The position numbers and the translations under genes were made by a program. DNA of 63,580 nucleotides, the filler included, from Phoronis australis (lineage: Eukaryota; Animalia; Phoronida), in assembly GCA_002633005.1 (NCBI GenBank). It is 5 parts of 5 records of this genome, joined end to end, with 100 filler letters (N's around TTAATTAATTAA, not from the genome) between each part and the next. Parts side by side here need not be neighbours in the genome. Positions count along the whole stretch, not along the records: positions 1 to 28,672 come from NMRA01001233.1; 4 more parts are not named here. The stretch is one strand, 5' to 3'. Below the pieces are notes generated by a model, which saw only the letters and a program-made list of their open reading frames with translations, made no database searches and was not told where the DNA came from. Of the stretch, positions 14,007 through 26,959 are shown piece by piece; the first letter of the stretch is position 1; each line of letters begins with the position of its first letter.

Positions 14007-14291
14007 CTGGATTAGAATTCATAACCCATGAGGCCGAAGTGTCACCACATGTCTCGTAGAGGTTTCCGGGGCATCGCAGATTACACCCCTCCTGACTTAA
14101 CTGTAGTGCAAAGAAACTTGCTGAGCACCAACAATTGAACTTGCCCCACACCGCAGCAAACGGGTACTCCATTTCGCTGCACTTTTTCTGGCAACTCTGA
14201 CGTGTTTGTCTTTTGTGTTTCATATAGGCAACGAGTCCCAATGTTGCATTGTTCACAGGTTTATGTATTCCCTCAAAGCAGTTGGGTAGTT
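14007..14291 (-). CDS. WSC domain exon (WSC 2)
   Basis: Phase 1-1, 285 nt. Reads NCFEG...QSCQKKCSEMEYPFAAVWGKFNCWCS...CNLRCPGNLYETCG, the canonical WSC cysteine pattern. Confidence 0.9.
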
Positions 14292-16484
14292 CTGTAGCGA
14301 GATATCGTTGGTGTCAAGGGGTCAATCTATTATACTTTATTTCGCATATGTTCAACGTATTATTCTGACAAGTTTTTACATGATAATGCTACAGATACGG
14401 TACCGTTTATTTCTTTACTCGTGTAATCCGTTATAAAGCTGGCCAACGAAACTCGCACTTCGAGGAAATTACGGCATACACGAATAACCGATTAGGGACT
14501 ACTGAGTGTATTACAACAAAACATTACGTTACATACGTTGTGACAGAGGCTAGTATCCACACGAGATGGTTTCTTTAGCGGACTTTCCCTTTTAAAACTC
14601 CTCATTATTTCGAAAGCGGTAGTGCTTCAGTCTAATCAAACCCAAGGTGGCTTTGCGATGACTTTTTTTCGAGAAAATATTTTATGGAACCGTAGTTCTG
14701 GAGTCTTTCGACGGGTCTTTCATAAACTTAGTACGTGGATACATCACACAAACACGATAAAATATTATCGTTTTTTTCATTAACTAATCTCTGCTCACTA
14801 CTTTGTCGAATATTCCCCTTTCACTGCCACAAGCCTTTGTCTTTATATTGGGTGTAGTTCCACCACAAATGTTTGATAGAGATTAAAATGACTACGAAAA
14901 CGCCAACTATTAAAATAAAGACCACGTTGTAGGGGCCGACATCAATTTTTTCCCAGTTTCATGGAATTGTCCCAAACAGGCAGTCGGCTAATTCCCATGA
15001 ATCTACCGCGTACTTAGGTTATGAAAACACTAATTGTCCTTTCTTATGCTGTTTTTTAATAAGCCAATTGTTGGCGTTGATACAAATTCAGAGTGAATTC
15101 ATGATTGAATTCTCAATATTATCGAAATAATATAGGAATCTTTTCAAGCAAGTTCTCGAGGTTAAGGACCAAGTTACTATGTAATTTCAGTAAATCCATT
15201 ACTCATTTGGTAGCTGTGTTTTTTAGAAAATATCAGTTGTCAAAGAGGAGCTCATAATAAAGATGAACTGATAAAAAGTATTATATCTGTGAGCAAACAA
15301 ATACATTGGTTGGCAGAAGATTTTGTAAACTTTGTTGAATGCCTATTTGGTACCGTTTCATGCATCCCGGCACTGGATCACCAAAGTTCTGGGAACATAA
15401 CAGACTTCGTGGGTGTGATCATCCAAATTTGGTTTGCGAACTTCGTATTGATCCGAATAGAAATTGAACCTGTGCAGAATAATCAAAAACAAGAAAACTC
15501 GCTTCGCAAAAGAGTAACAAAGATGACGAGTTTCATGACGTCAAGTTCAGTAAGAAAGTGTGTGGCAGGGCAATATGACCTACCTAGTACCGACTCATTT
15601 CATCATCTGATATAATTACTACAGTGAGCAAAACTTTATCGAAATAACTGAAGGAATGAGATCGACACAAAGAACGACCACAGGGTCAGACATGGTCACA
15701 GAGCTCGACATCGGAAGAAGAAACTGCACAAGGAACTTTTCGTAAACCAACATCGACGTCGAAACCGGTATCCCTGCACAGCTGCCAACAGCACTGCCAG
15801 CATCATTACACAACTAATATAAGCTGCACGTCCAAGACTAGCAGACCGAGTGGTGTCACATAACGGAATGACTATTGCGACAACGCCAACAACGGTGCAA
15901 CAAAAGCCAGCTTCAGAAATAACTGTACTCTAGATGCACAAAACGCCACTTTTAACCTTGGTGACGGTAATATAATGGGTGATGCAACAGTGAACACTAA
16001 ACCTGCGAAATGTGTCTATGGTGACGATGAACATTGAGATTTATGTTAAACCGTGAGACGTGCAAAAAAACAAGACTGTTTACATCGTGATTTTAGAGAT
16101 GATATTTGGATACCTCAAAATCTGACAGTGAAGATGCGGAATTTCGTGATACCCGTAAGCCGTAAAAATGGACGCCGTATTTAAAAGATATAATAACTTA
16201 TCATGTTTTAGGAAAATCGGTTCAAAGGCATCAAAAATACGGCGCCTACAAACCAAAGTGGCCCCCGGTGTGCCGCGTTGGCTTGGATTTCAGCCAAATT
16301 AAAAAAACTACGAGCCATTGACAAAGCACAGGGTGTTTTTATCTAATTCAGGATCGTCGAATGAGTAATACGACATTTAAAGGGCTAACAAAAGACTTGC
16401 ACGTACTTAAGCAATACACTTTTGATTTTCCATTTCCAAAGTACTAAAAACGTTCTATTGGAACAACGCCTTGCAAAACCGTAC

Positions 16485-16632
16485 CAGGATATGCTGGGCC
16501 AGTTAAGTACGTCGTCTCGTGTCCACCGCAACTTTGGTCTTTACAGCAAGACATAGATAGATTCCTTTCAAAGAGGAGCCCTTCATGTAAATAACAAGAG
16601 CAGTTCTTTCCTTCTGTGAAACCTGCTACGTG
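16485..16632 (-). CDS. WSC 1, second half exon
   Basis: ttccag|...|gtacgg, phase 0-1. Reads HVAGFTEGKNCSCYLHEG...SMSCCKDQSCGGHETT. Confidence 0.8.
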
Positions 16633-17218
16633 CTGGAATGTTAAACGTGAGGCATTTTACTGTACATGCAAGATCGTACGCTATGTTAAATAATAAATAC
16701 TAAAGAAATTTAACTCAGTAGCTGAATTGTATGTTTTTAAAAACAGGTGACAGTGGTTCTGGGATTTGTGGCAGTGCCACTAGTTACAAGCACGTTCACC
16801 AGTAACGTAAATATACATACAAAACACACACCCGAGTCACCTGCTTCAAGACGGTGTGAAACTAAAACACGAAATCACTCGTGAATGGTGGATAGCCATC
16901 CTGATAAAATGTGATCTCGTTAAATGAGCAATTTCAATCATACCCAGTCGCTTTTCAAAATAGCCATCAGAAAACTCAAAAAGGATCCTAAAGTCTGGTT
17001 AAAGCAGTCCGATAATAAAACAACCCGTTTAAACTCCGTTCAAAAAGAAATTTGTCAGTTAACCAAGACAACAACCGAGACATTGAATTACCACTTAGAT
17101 ATACTGTAGATGTGTGTTTGGGTCCCTATTATAAACTGTTTCATGTGACCTGGCACTAGACATCAGGTGGTTTGCACGTTCATCACTTTAACTGTGCCTG
17201 TATAACGAAGGTTCTCAC

Positions 17219-17382
17219 CGTGCCGCCGAGTGTTCCACATCTTAATCTGCAGATTGCATTGTTCGAAGCTTCAGCGGAGGCGAGTGGTTTCACATTCGAT
17301 TGGTAGTTGTAACAGCCAGGCTTATAGGAATCGAAGAAAAAGGGTCGTCCAAACCATGGCGGAAGTTCGATACACCGCACAC
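17219..17382 (-). CDS. WSC 1, first half exon
   Basis: atccag|...|gtgag, phase 1-0. Reads VRCIELPP...KPGCYNYQSNVKPLASAEASNNAICRLRCGTLGGT and joins in frame to 16485-16632. Confidence 0.8.
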
Positions 17383-20318
17383 CTGGATTATAAAACAATT
17401 ATCCTCTGCCCTGTCCACGTTCCCTGATCAAGAATTAGGAATCCATATTTAAACAACTTTCATTGTTAAAAAATAGCTTGAGACTGGTGTATATTGTCGC
17501 ACCAAAATATATTAGGACCGGTCAGTCAAATCTACCTGCGGCCAACCAATCAGGGGTAAAACGAGACCTTAAAACTAAGAGTAGTCTAGGACGCGTATAG
17601 AAATGCTCTGATTAGCAAAACAGGCCGTTTAGAAATATTTTTGTATTTCGGCATTGTATTTCTCCAACAACCGGGGAAACCGACAAAGTGCAACGTGTGT
17701 TTGGGCTATTTGGGAACATTTTTGTGGTTTGACAGCGACTTTCTTGCGAACTAGCTGGAGCAGGACTCCGTGAATGGTACTATAAGAAATAACAGTTTCT
17801 CATGGTTTGTTGAAACCCTGTTTTGTGTAAATTTATTGAGTTATGTGTTTGATATGGACGGCTGAATCGAAGAACCCAAGGAATTTTTTGTCCCGAGTGT
17901 CATATCTTGTAGTAATATATGTAGTGTATTGGGGACGATCAGCTGAGGACGCATGTGGTTTCTTTCATTTCAAATGTGATTTAATAGACTAAACATGGTT
18001 TTGAATGGCTGAACCCACACCTTGCCGCTTGTTGGCTGTGCTGTGGTCTGTGGTTCCACGAAATGATATTTTAATTTTAAAGGTGTTTTTATGTAACTTT
18101 CGAAAAACTTATTCTTGTATTAGTTTGCGCAGTAGTAATTTGTGCGTTTGTTCGTGTACAGCACATGTTGTTACTAATTCAAATTGTGTCTACAGTTCTT
18201 CAGTTAAATGTATAAATCTGATATAGATCCTACAGTGTATCAATTTTTGAGCAGTAATTGCACAAGCATACTTAAACTAAACCTGTGAAAAAATAGAAAA
18301 GAAAAAAAATACCCTGTAAAAGAATACACTGAAATAAGTTATGTTGTTGACAGCGTATCTTGTACTTACCAATGATCCCGTTCTTGGCAGACTGCGCAGG
18401 TTTTTTGATTTTTTCCGCTGACATCGCAGCAACATTGCATTGAAACTCCCTCGACCCGCTCGACCACCTTAGCCATCCGCCCCCTACTCCCACCTTTTCT
18501 CGACCCAGGACATGAGGCCATAGAAGCATTTGTGCGTTTTTACATAATTCAGAATGTAACTGGGTGATTTTCCCATAAGACATACCTACACGCGAATCTG
18601 CTCTGGCTAAAATCTTATGATTAAAAACAGAGGGGCCTGAGAACGCCGGTGGTCTTGAATAGCGCTCTATAGGTGTCATGAGTGGCTATTTATGGCCCAT
18701 TCCTAATAAATTCAGGGAGATAATTAATTGACTAGAATGAACATAATTTGATATTTTTAGTATTGGCCTTAGTTTTTTCAATTTGTATTTACGGGTAAAA
18801 TTACGGTTTTGTCGGTTCCCCACACTCTCCGTAAAAAGATATGTCTGCAATTCACCGAAGAAGAAGACGAGACGATTACACTTTTCCGGGAACGATATTT
18901 TTAACGTAGGTAGGTCTTTGATTTTGATTTTGATTTTGATTTGGTTGAGTTTTTTTCTTCTGTTTTTTGGGTTTCAAATTTAACGAACCGACTGCCTTTA
19001 TTGCAAAAACAGGGAAAGGCCAGCAGTGCTCAGTACTCCTACAAATCAGCCCTTGTTCTATGTTCATATCAAGTCGAACTTTTGTACCCTGGGTTGAGGG
19101 GTTGTGGATCGTTGGTTGAAGGGGGCGAGGGTCCTGGCTAGTGGTGTGGGGGTTGAGGGGGTTTCAGAGCAATCCATTGCAACACCATCCTGCTCTCTAG
19201 CTTGCGGCAAAATTTAATTGTTGTCATTTGTGCTTTTGTAATTTCCCACGCGAAATAGTCCCAGTTACACTTTCAACAAAAAACGCTATTTCCGTGGGGG
19301 TTTCAGCACTGCAAACTCCCATCCGACTAAAAATTGGACGCCATCATTGTACGGTGTTAAGTGTTTAGTTTACGATTCAACAAACACGATTTCGCGACAG
19401 TTTTGTATGCTGCTGCAAACACTTGATCATTGTAGTGGTATTGGCTGGGATAAACTTTCGAATAATAGGAACTCTAAGTGCATTTTATTTTTTACTGTAT
19501 AAACATTACACGCTATAAGTCCCATATTTTATAATATTTACCAATACCAGAACAAGCGATTGCAAACAAGTTCCCCACATGCGCGGGGCAACCTCAGCAT
19601 CTCAACAATGAATTTTGTCAATCCATGCTTACTGATTTATTATCAGGCAATAGTTGTGATGTCTCCAAATTTAATGCTTGTTTGTATCAATCATGTGTAT
19701 TTTTGTTTTGGAACTTCCCATAATGCACTACAGTGACGGTTGGCCGCGGGTATTGTGAAGACTCCGGTCATATCAGAGAAAATTGCAGGGGTTGGAGTGT
19801 ACAACAGAAATAGGTGGTAAGGAGATGCTAATGATGGATATCAGGGCGAGGACGGAATGATGGGGGGAAATACGAAACGAAGCCAAAGAACGTGGACAGA
19901 GGATTGCTGGTTAAATGAAAGCTCATTGATAAGTGCACTTTAGGCGCTTTCTAAAACACTTTAGGTCACCGTAAATGGATACTCACTGTTCTCCATCAAA
20001 AAGAACACTGTCAGCTGTAGGTAAATCTTTAGCCTGTGCGCCACCAAAATGGGTCTAATCTGGTGGTTCATTTTGCCACTACAGTTTGCCTGTGTTGTTC
20101 CCTTTGCAATGGCTTTATTGCGAATCCTTTATTGGTCTAAACCCATTGAAAAAATACTGAGTTCGGCTTTGGATATAAACACAAGACTTGAGCAGACTAT
20201 ATCAAAAGCCATCAGAAATTAAGGAGAACTGAAATTTAATGTACCGTTTAGAGTTCTTCACTCTGACACGGTTTTTGCAAAATAGTACTTCTAAGAAACT
20301 TACAAGTGCCTTCATGCG

Positions 20319-21075
20319 TAGACCGGTATCCCAGTTCTTTTTTGGGCATGAAAAGGTAACCAATATTCTTTGGTGCCACAGAGCTCTCTGGGTATGCTTG
20401 GAAATGGCCTTCTCACTGGTTCGCTTTGGTGGGTATGGTCACGGGAGCCAAGAGAATGGCAATTTAAAATTGAGCTAGTTCAAGTTTTATGGTAAACACT
20501 TCAAACTGCCTTGGATACCCCCTACGCAATTCACTGTATTAAAATTGGTCACTGCCAGACAATTTCAGTGGTGGGGAGTATGAGCCAGACGGTTATAAGC
20601 AAGGAAAAATTGAGTTATATCAATCCAAGGGAAACCGCCTGAAACCAGTTGCAAGATATTCACTGTGAGCCCAGGTATCACGAATGAACAGTGCCAGACA
20701 AATCTAGTGGTGGGCTAGCCCCGCCAGACACGCCTAATTACCCGGGTTGAGCTGCCGGGTTCACGCGGTTACCTCTTGCATTGATCTAGCTCAATTGTTT
20801 TACCTTGATTATTACCGTCTGGCTGATACTCCCCACCAATGAAATTGCCTGGTAGTAACCAATTTTGATACAGTGGATTACGCAGTACAATGTAGGTATC
20901 CAAGGCAGTTTGAAATGGTTACCAGAAAAGTTTATCAAGCTCAATTCTTTACCGTCGTTTTCTTGGCTCCCCTGCCAGGCGGCCATTTCCAAGCATTAGA
21001 ATACCCACAGAGAACTGTGGCACCAAAGAAAATTTGTTACCTTTCATGCCAAGAAGGTTCTGGGATCCCAGTCTA
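20319..21075. mobile_element. Foldback non-autonomous DNA transposon with TAG...CTA ends (Academ-like termini)
   Basis: About 310-bp inverted arms (about 20319-20635 vs 20770-21075). Ends are TAGACCGGTATCCCAG / CTGGGATCCCAGTCTA; flanks GCG / GCA. The superfamily is inferred from the termini only. Confidence 0.75.
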
Positions 21076-21882
21076 GCACCAATCAGAGAAATGATCACAG
21101 CGATTCCAGCCCAATTTTAAATCGAGTTCTGTTTGTTTTCTCTTGGGTTAACCAAGTTACTACAAATGAATGGAGATTAGCTGCGTCGCAAATCTTTTTA
21201 AAAATGAAAAGTAATTGCTAACGACTTTGTAACAACTCCTTTTCAGAAACTTATTCAAGTTGCCTGCACTGATACGTCCTAAACGTTCATAGGATAAAGG
21301 TAGCGTAGTCACTGACAATTGATATTACATTATGCTTCTGTTGATAACTTCCCCAGATTGAGAGTCAAGAACATGCAGCCCAACTTGGGGGCCTTGTCAA
21401 CACCATCTGAAACCACCCGTCAGAAAGAAATGTTCCAGACTAGACGCCAACAACTTTAGAATTTCAACCCCACTATTCAGTGATCCAGGCCCATAGCCAG
21501 GAGGGGGGATTCGAGGGTTTGATCAAACCCACCTCCGAGGAAAAGGTCCAGCCCTAGCCTATCCGAAGTGATTGAATTGCCTTTTGTTTACAAATTATTA
21601 AGAGACAAATAACTAAATTAACGAATTTGATTTTGTTGACATTTTGAGTGGAAAGTCGTTTAATTATTGTCGGCGTTGTGGTAATCAGTCCAAAACTTAC
21701 GAGACGTGAGGAAAGTCCCGGAGAGCGACATTTCCCAGAAAAATGTGTGTGCATCATGCATTTATGTATTTTACTAGACCTTAATATGCTGTCACCTAGA
21801 TGTAAGGGACAAGTGATCAAGAGACTAGATTTTTTTAAGCACTAATGAAAGATAATCCCACTTGACTCTAGAAGATACTCAC

Positions 21883-21924
21883 CCACAATCAACTCAATGT
21901 CCTTTGAGTCGTATCGTGGCGCCT
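21883..21924 (-). CDS. Probable short upstream exon of the WSC/kringle gene (APRYDSKDIELIV)
   Basis: ttgtcctag|...|gtgagt, 42 nt, phase 1-1, open, and compatible with the exon ending at 17382. Confidence 0.55.
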
Positions 21925-21966
21925 CTAGGACAAAATAATGAGACAACAATACGGCATAGGATATGA

Positions 21967-23100
21967 TAGCCTTGGCTCAAAGCTGCATACTAAATATAGA
22001 GATTTGCGTTGATGTGGGTAAAAAGTGACCAGGCAAAACCAGCCTCAAATATATTGTCTATTAAAAGCTATGATCTTATTTGATTAAACAAAATCATTTA
22101 CCAGTATTGAAAATTGTGTTCTATCGTTATTTTGGTGCTAACGTTGTGGACCTATCCTTTGCATCAGCTTTCGCCGCTATGAAATATTACGTAACCTATA
22201 TGAATTGGCCAGTTTCTTTTTCCCGATTCTTCAATGAGTTTTTCTCTTCCACGGCGTTTCATATTTGTCAAAATTAATTATTGTAACTGGTGTTATTTCG
22301 TTATAAGTTTATAGCATTTTAACACCAGCAATCGAAATTCCAGAGCAAAAGAAATTTTGCCGCTTCGAAACTGCCATTATCTTACGAGAGATGTTGCAAA
22401 AATAGGAAATAACGCTTTGTGTGAGGCGAGCGTAACGTTTTCAAAACGACCAGATGCTAACCAATGTTACCAAAGGCGAGAAATACGCACGAAAATGACT
22501 ATGATAGGCGGATTTCATGTAATGGGAAAGGTGATTTTCGGTTAACTCCTAGTCTTGGTACAAAGCTGTGTACTAAATATACACCTGTGGACCGATGTGG
22601 GTAAAAAAGTGGTAAGATAAATTTGTCACCAAATTGGCGTTATTAAAAACTTCAGTCCTCCTTGAGTAAACTAAATTATTTAACTGTGTTGGAAAAATGG
22701 CGTTCTACCGCTACTCTGAGGGTAAAGTTGTGGAGCGGTCTTTAGCGACGGCTTTCGGAGCCATGGAATATTGCTTCACCTATTGGCCAGTTTCTTTTTT
22801 CGCCTATTCTTCAATCAATTGCTCTTCTTTCACGAAGTTGCTTACACGTCACAACAAATTAACGCAACTGGTTTCACTTCATCATAAGTTTTGATACAGA
22901 AAAAACAAATTTGAGGAGAAATTTTCCTGCTGCTAAGCTATCAACATTTCCGAGAGATATCGCAAAAACATAGGAAATGCGCGTGCGCCTGACACGAGCG
23001 TACTGATTTTAAACGACATACTTTTCATTGTGAAAAATGTGGAGAGTTACGCAAGAATATGACGTTTATTGCATTGTTTTTTTTTTCACATATACGGCTA
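21967..23100. repeat. Two diverged direct copies (about 585 bp period) of a TAG-starting element
   Basis: TAGCCTTGGCTCAAAGCTG (about 21967) vs TAGTCTTGGTACAAAGCTG (about 22550); shared GATGTGGGTAAAAA and TTGGCCAGTTTCTTTTTC. Confidence 0.7.
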
Positions 23101-26100
23101 TAAAAAGCAAGGTGAGTGTCAGTCGATTCTCAGATTTTGCATACATCCCGTCCGGTCTTTAGCTTTACATGTTGATACAATTTCACCACGAGATGGCGAG
23201 CAGAAATAATCTGGCTGTGTGCAAGTTCGGGATTTACGGATGTAATACACTCAGTGGTACCTAGCTGTATTTTGACGACGGTCTTCATATAGCTACCTTG
23301 CTGGCTAGTTGAATCCCACACTTTGGAATCACCCCTCTTTAACTCTACATTTTGAAACTAGTTTCACGGCCAGGTGACGAGCACTTATCCCGGCGCAGTG
23401 CGCAATTTCCCGTTCTTCCGGGGCTGAATAGAGTGGTATATTTTGACGATAGTCTTCATACAGCTAGCTGGCTGGTTAATGGTCGAATATGATCATTTAA
23501 TTTTGGAAGAAGTCAAAAGAGGACAGACAAAACCGCCAAGACCGTTTGCGGTTTCCTAAAGCTGCCAAAGGAATTTAATTCGGTTATTACAGACTATGAC
23601 ACTCGGCAAGTCATTTCCTCTCAATCCTTTGAGGCATGTCAATATTTACAAATCGTTTTCATTAATTACATGGACTTCAAAACCTGAGTTGCTTTACCGA
23701 CTCTTTAAACGTGTGATTGCAAAAAAAAATGATATCGTGGTTCTACACTCTTCAAAATCTTCCATACTTGATAAAAAATACTTACACGATTTTTTAAAAT
23801 GCTTCCCAATGTGAAAGTTACTGGCGTTTCGCGTGACTCGATTCTTTGTCGCGTAAGCAAGACCATGTCACACGGTCACTCCTTTTAAAACTAAACAAAA
23901 TCACAAGAAAAATACAACAAGGACAATATGAAACGAGAGAAGTAAACTACAGTCAAGTGACCTAATTAGCGGACGTTTAGGCTCATTTTGCTTTTATATT
24001 TAATTGAAGATACTACGGATTGTTGTTAAATCTTTGATGAAGACTTACCTTAACGAAATTGTTTGTTACTATATCCTGTCACCGAAAGCCACATTTATGT
24101 TCTGACTGATCTTTAAAAAACGCAACTAGCAAACCTTTGCAGAACCTAAATATCGGACACCATATTTCCCCATACGCCACAACGCGGAAAAGTAATGGCC
24201 GCGGGCACCTTGTAGCCAAACTTCAGCTCGGGTGTTTTGACATAAATGCTGCTAGAACACAGCTCCATTCGCAACAAAATTGTCAATGAAATGAAATCTG
24301 ATGACGGCGCCAAGTCGTTTGGATGAATCAGTGCAGACGACTAAACCACGTGCAAACTCACTGCAGTTTTTAGTATTTCTTTGCCTTCTTTGTATGACAC
24401 CCGCACATGTGCGGTTGGGGTTTGACTTGGGTTTAAAAACAAATGAAATAATGAAACTGACATTTGTTCAGTTCAATGAGATGATTTCATTGCGGAAATG
24501 ATTTTTTTTTTCAACTTTTATAACCGATTGATGCAATCGTCCATTTTAGGCCGACTTGGGGTGTAAATTGCACCCTCTTTAGGTGAAATCAAAACGAGGC
24601 AACGCTGTAAAAAACGAGACTGTGCTGGACATTAAATGCATTGCAGCGGAAAAAGAATCAGTGTCATTTGATTTTTAGATTATGCTTCAAGTAAGATTTT
24701 ATGTAATGTCCGATATTTAGGGTCCATCCGATAGTTAGGTATACTACGTGTATACAAAAAATAATGAATTGTACCCAGTGTGTTCTTCAAATTTAAACCA
24801 AATAGAACGAGACAGCAATGCCATGAAGTTCTCTTGGCTTGTGATGTAAATAATGTACATGTACAACCCGGAAATCTCCATGCCTTTTTGAGTCATCTCA
24901 TGATTTACGGACGTCCTGAATATTCTGGCTTCGTTGAAAACGGTTTTTGGTATAATTTTGGGTCAGCCTTTTGTCTAGTTCCAACTTGCAACAATGTTAT
25001 GTACACTGCAATACCAGCTTTGAGACACTGCCAACTCATGGATTAGGCAGCGAAATACCGGATAGTAGATCAAGGTTTTTCTTAGTTGGACGACAGCAAA
25101 ACACTTTAGGTTTTAATTGATTGCATTTTGTCATATGCGGTTTAGTCAAATTAGCTTCATTTTTAAAGTGGAACCAGTGAAGGAAAAAGACGCCAACGTG
25201 CAACGATATCATATCGCTGTGGCCATTCATAAATTTCTTCAAACCCATTGAAACACCAGGCATCTATAATGAGGGTTCTCTACTGATTCACTCACCGTAG
25301 GCGCTTTGTGATTGATATGAATTACAACATGATTATGACCGGCTACAATATTCCATAATTCTTCAGAATGCTTCATAGTCTTTGTCAATCTCTCCGTAAG
25401 TCACACAGCTAACGGCAGTCACGCTTACTGCTCCTCATGTAGTTGATATTTCCCATTATAGGAAACATATTGAAAACTACGTAGTAGCGACAAGTTAAGA
25501 AATTTAATTTCTTTTACGCATTGTTTGTTTATCTGCAACTACTTGCTGTCAGTATGCGGCTTATCCAAGTTTTTGTACCGTGATAATTTACTGAACAAAA
25601 AAATGTCATCCTACGGTCCACATACATTATTCGGAAAAGCAAATAAAGCTCAGGCGAACACAATATTGTAAGCATATACACATTGGCTGCTGTTACGTTC
25701 ATGATAAAATTATGATGCTCCATTTAAGTACTTAGCGCTACCCCGGTTTTGAGTAGTTTTGCAGTGAAAGTATAAGGCCAAATACAGCTCGTAGCTCCCC
25801 GACTGCTTTAGCAGTCATAATCTTCTAACAACATTAACAACATATATCTGAAAGATATAGATAACAGACCGTCGCTGTACACACATACCTCCCAGCAACC
25901 TGATTGGTTAGAATGTTTAGCTTAATAATTATAGACATGTCGGGATTAAATTTAAGAATTGAAAATGTGTCTTGCTAAAAGCTGCTTGGACTTAGACTTC
26001 TACACGTCTAAATCCATGAAAACTGCCAAGCAGCTTACCAAACAAGTATTAGAGATATTTCTTCAACATGAATGCACCTCGGAGATGATGTGCAGTTTAT

Positions 26101-26959
26101 ATTTTGGCAACAGCTGTCAATGTTGTTCCATATTAAACAATAAGCTGCATGTTGAAAAGCATCAAACAGTAATTAGTTATTTATACATGTATTACGTTTG
26201 TGTAAACCCTATTTCAATCATATCAGTGTTATATTTTAACTCTACCTAGTCAGTGCTTTGGGGGATGTCCAGTTGAGCAAAGAACAGGTGTAAAGTAACC
26301 AATTTCATGTTAACATTTTTAGGGGTTACCTACAGTTACCTACTTTTAATTTCCAGAAATGGTTTATTTTCATGCCCAGAATGCCAGATTCCAGGTTTGG
26401 TTGTTCAAAAACCAAACTGTAATAAAACAATGATTATATCAACCAGGTCGACAAACCCTTTGTTAGGCCAATGTTCACTTATGTAGGCCACCTGGGATAT
26501 TATGGGACTAAGAACAGGCTTCACAAAGAACTACAGTCACTAAACATGCATGTCGATTTCAAAAAGCCTACTTAACTCTTTGTGCGCATATGAAACCCAC
26601 GGTTTACAACCATCACCAATCGCGTTTACAGCATAATTGTAAGCCTGTATTTTGTTTAGTTACCCTCTTCTAAGTCCAATATGTGCCCAGATGCCATTTG
26701 TAATATTCCACCCGTCGATTCAATGTCAACGTTCCAGATTCATATATGCAGTTTGAAATTTTCAGGATAGTGGCACCGGAATGATTTGTAATCTGAGTGT
26801 CTTCTTACAAATGTCACTATTGTCATCTTGAAGGGATTCAAAGCTGTTCTTCAGCCATATCTTCTTTGTCACGGTCATCTTCACAATATGCATCAAAGGC
26901 TTGTCTTTGCTCTTGTAAAGACTCTACTGGAATTAAAATTAGACATAAACCTGATTTCT

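Noticed and set aside
25296-25376. First (signal peptide) exon of the WSC/kringle gene
   Set aside because: Good donor, but the open frame is not hydrophobic and ends in phase 0, incompatible with the next exon.
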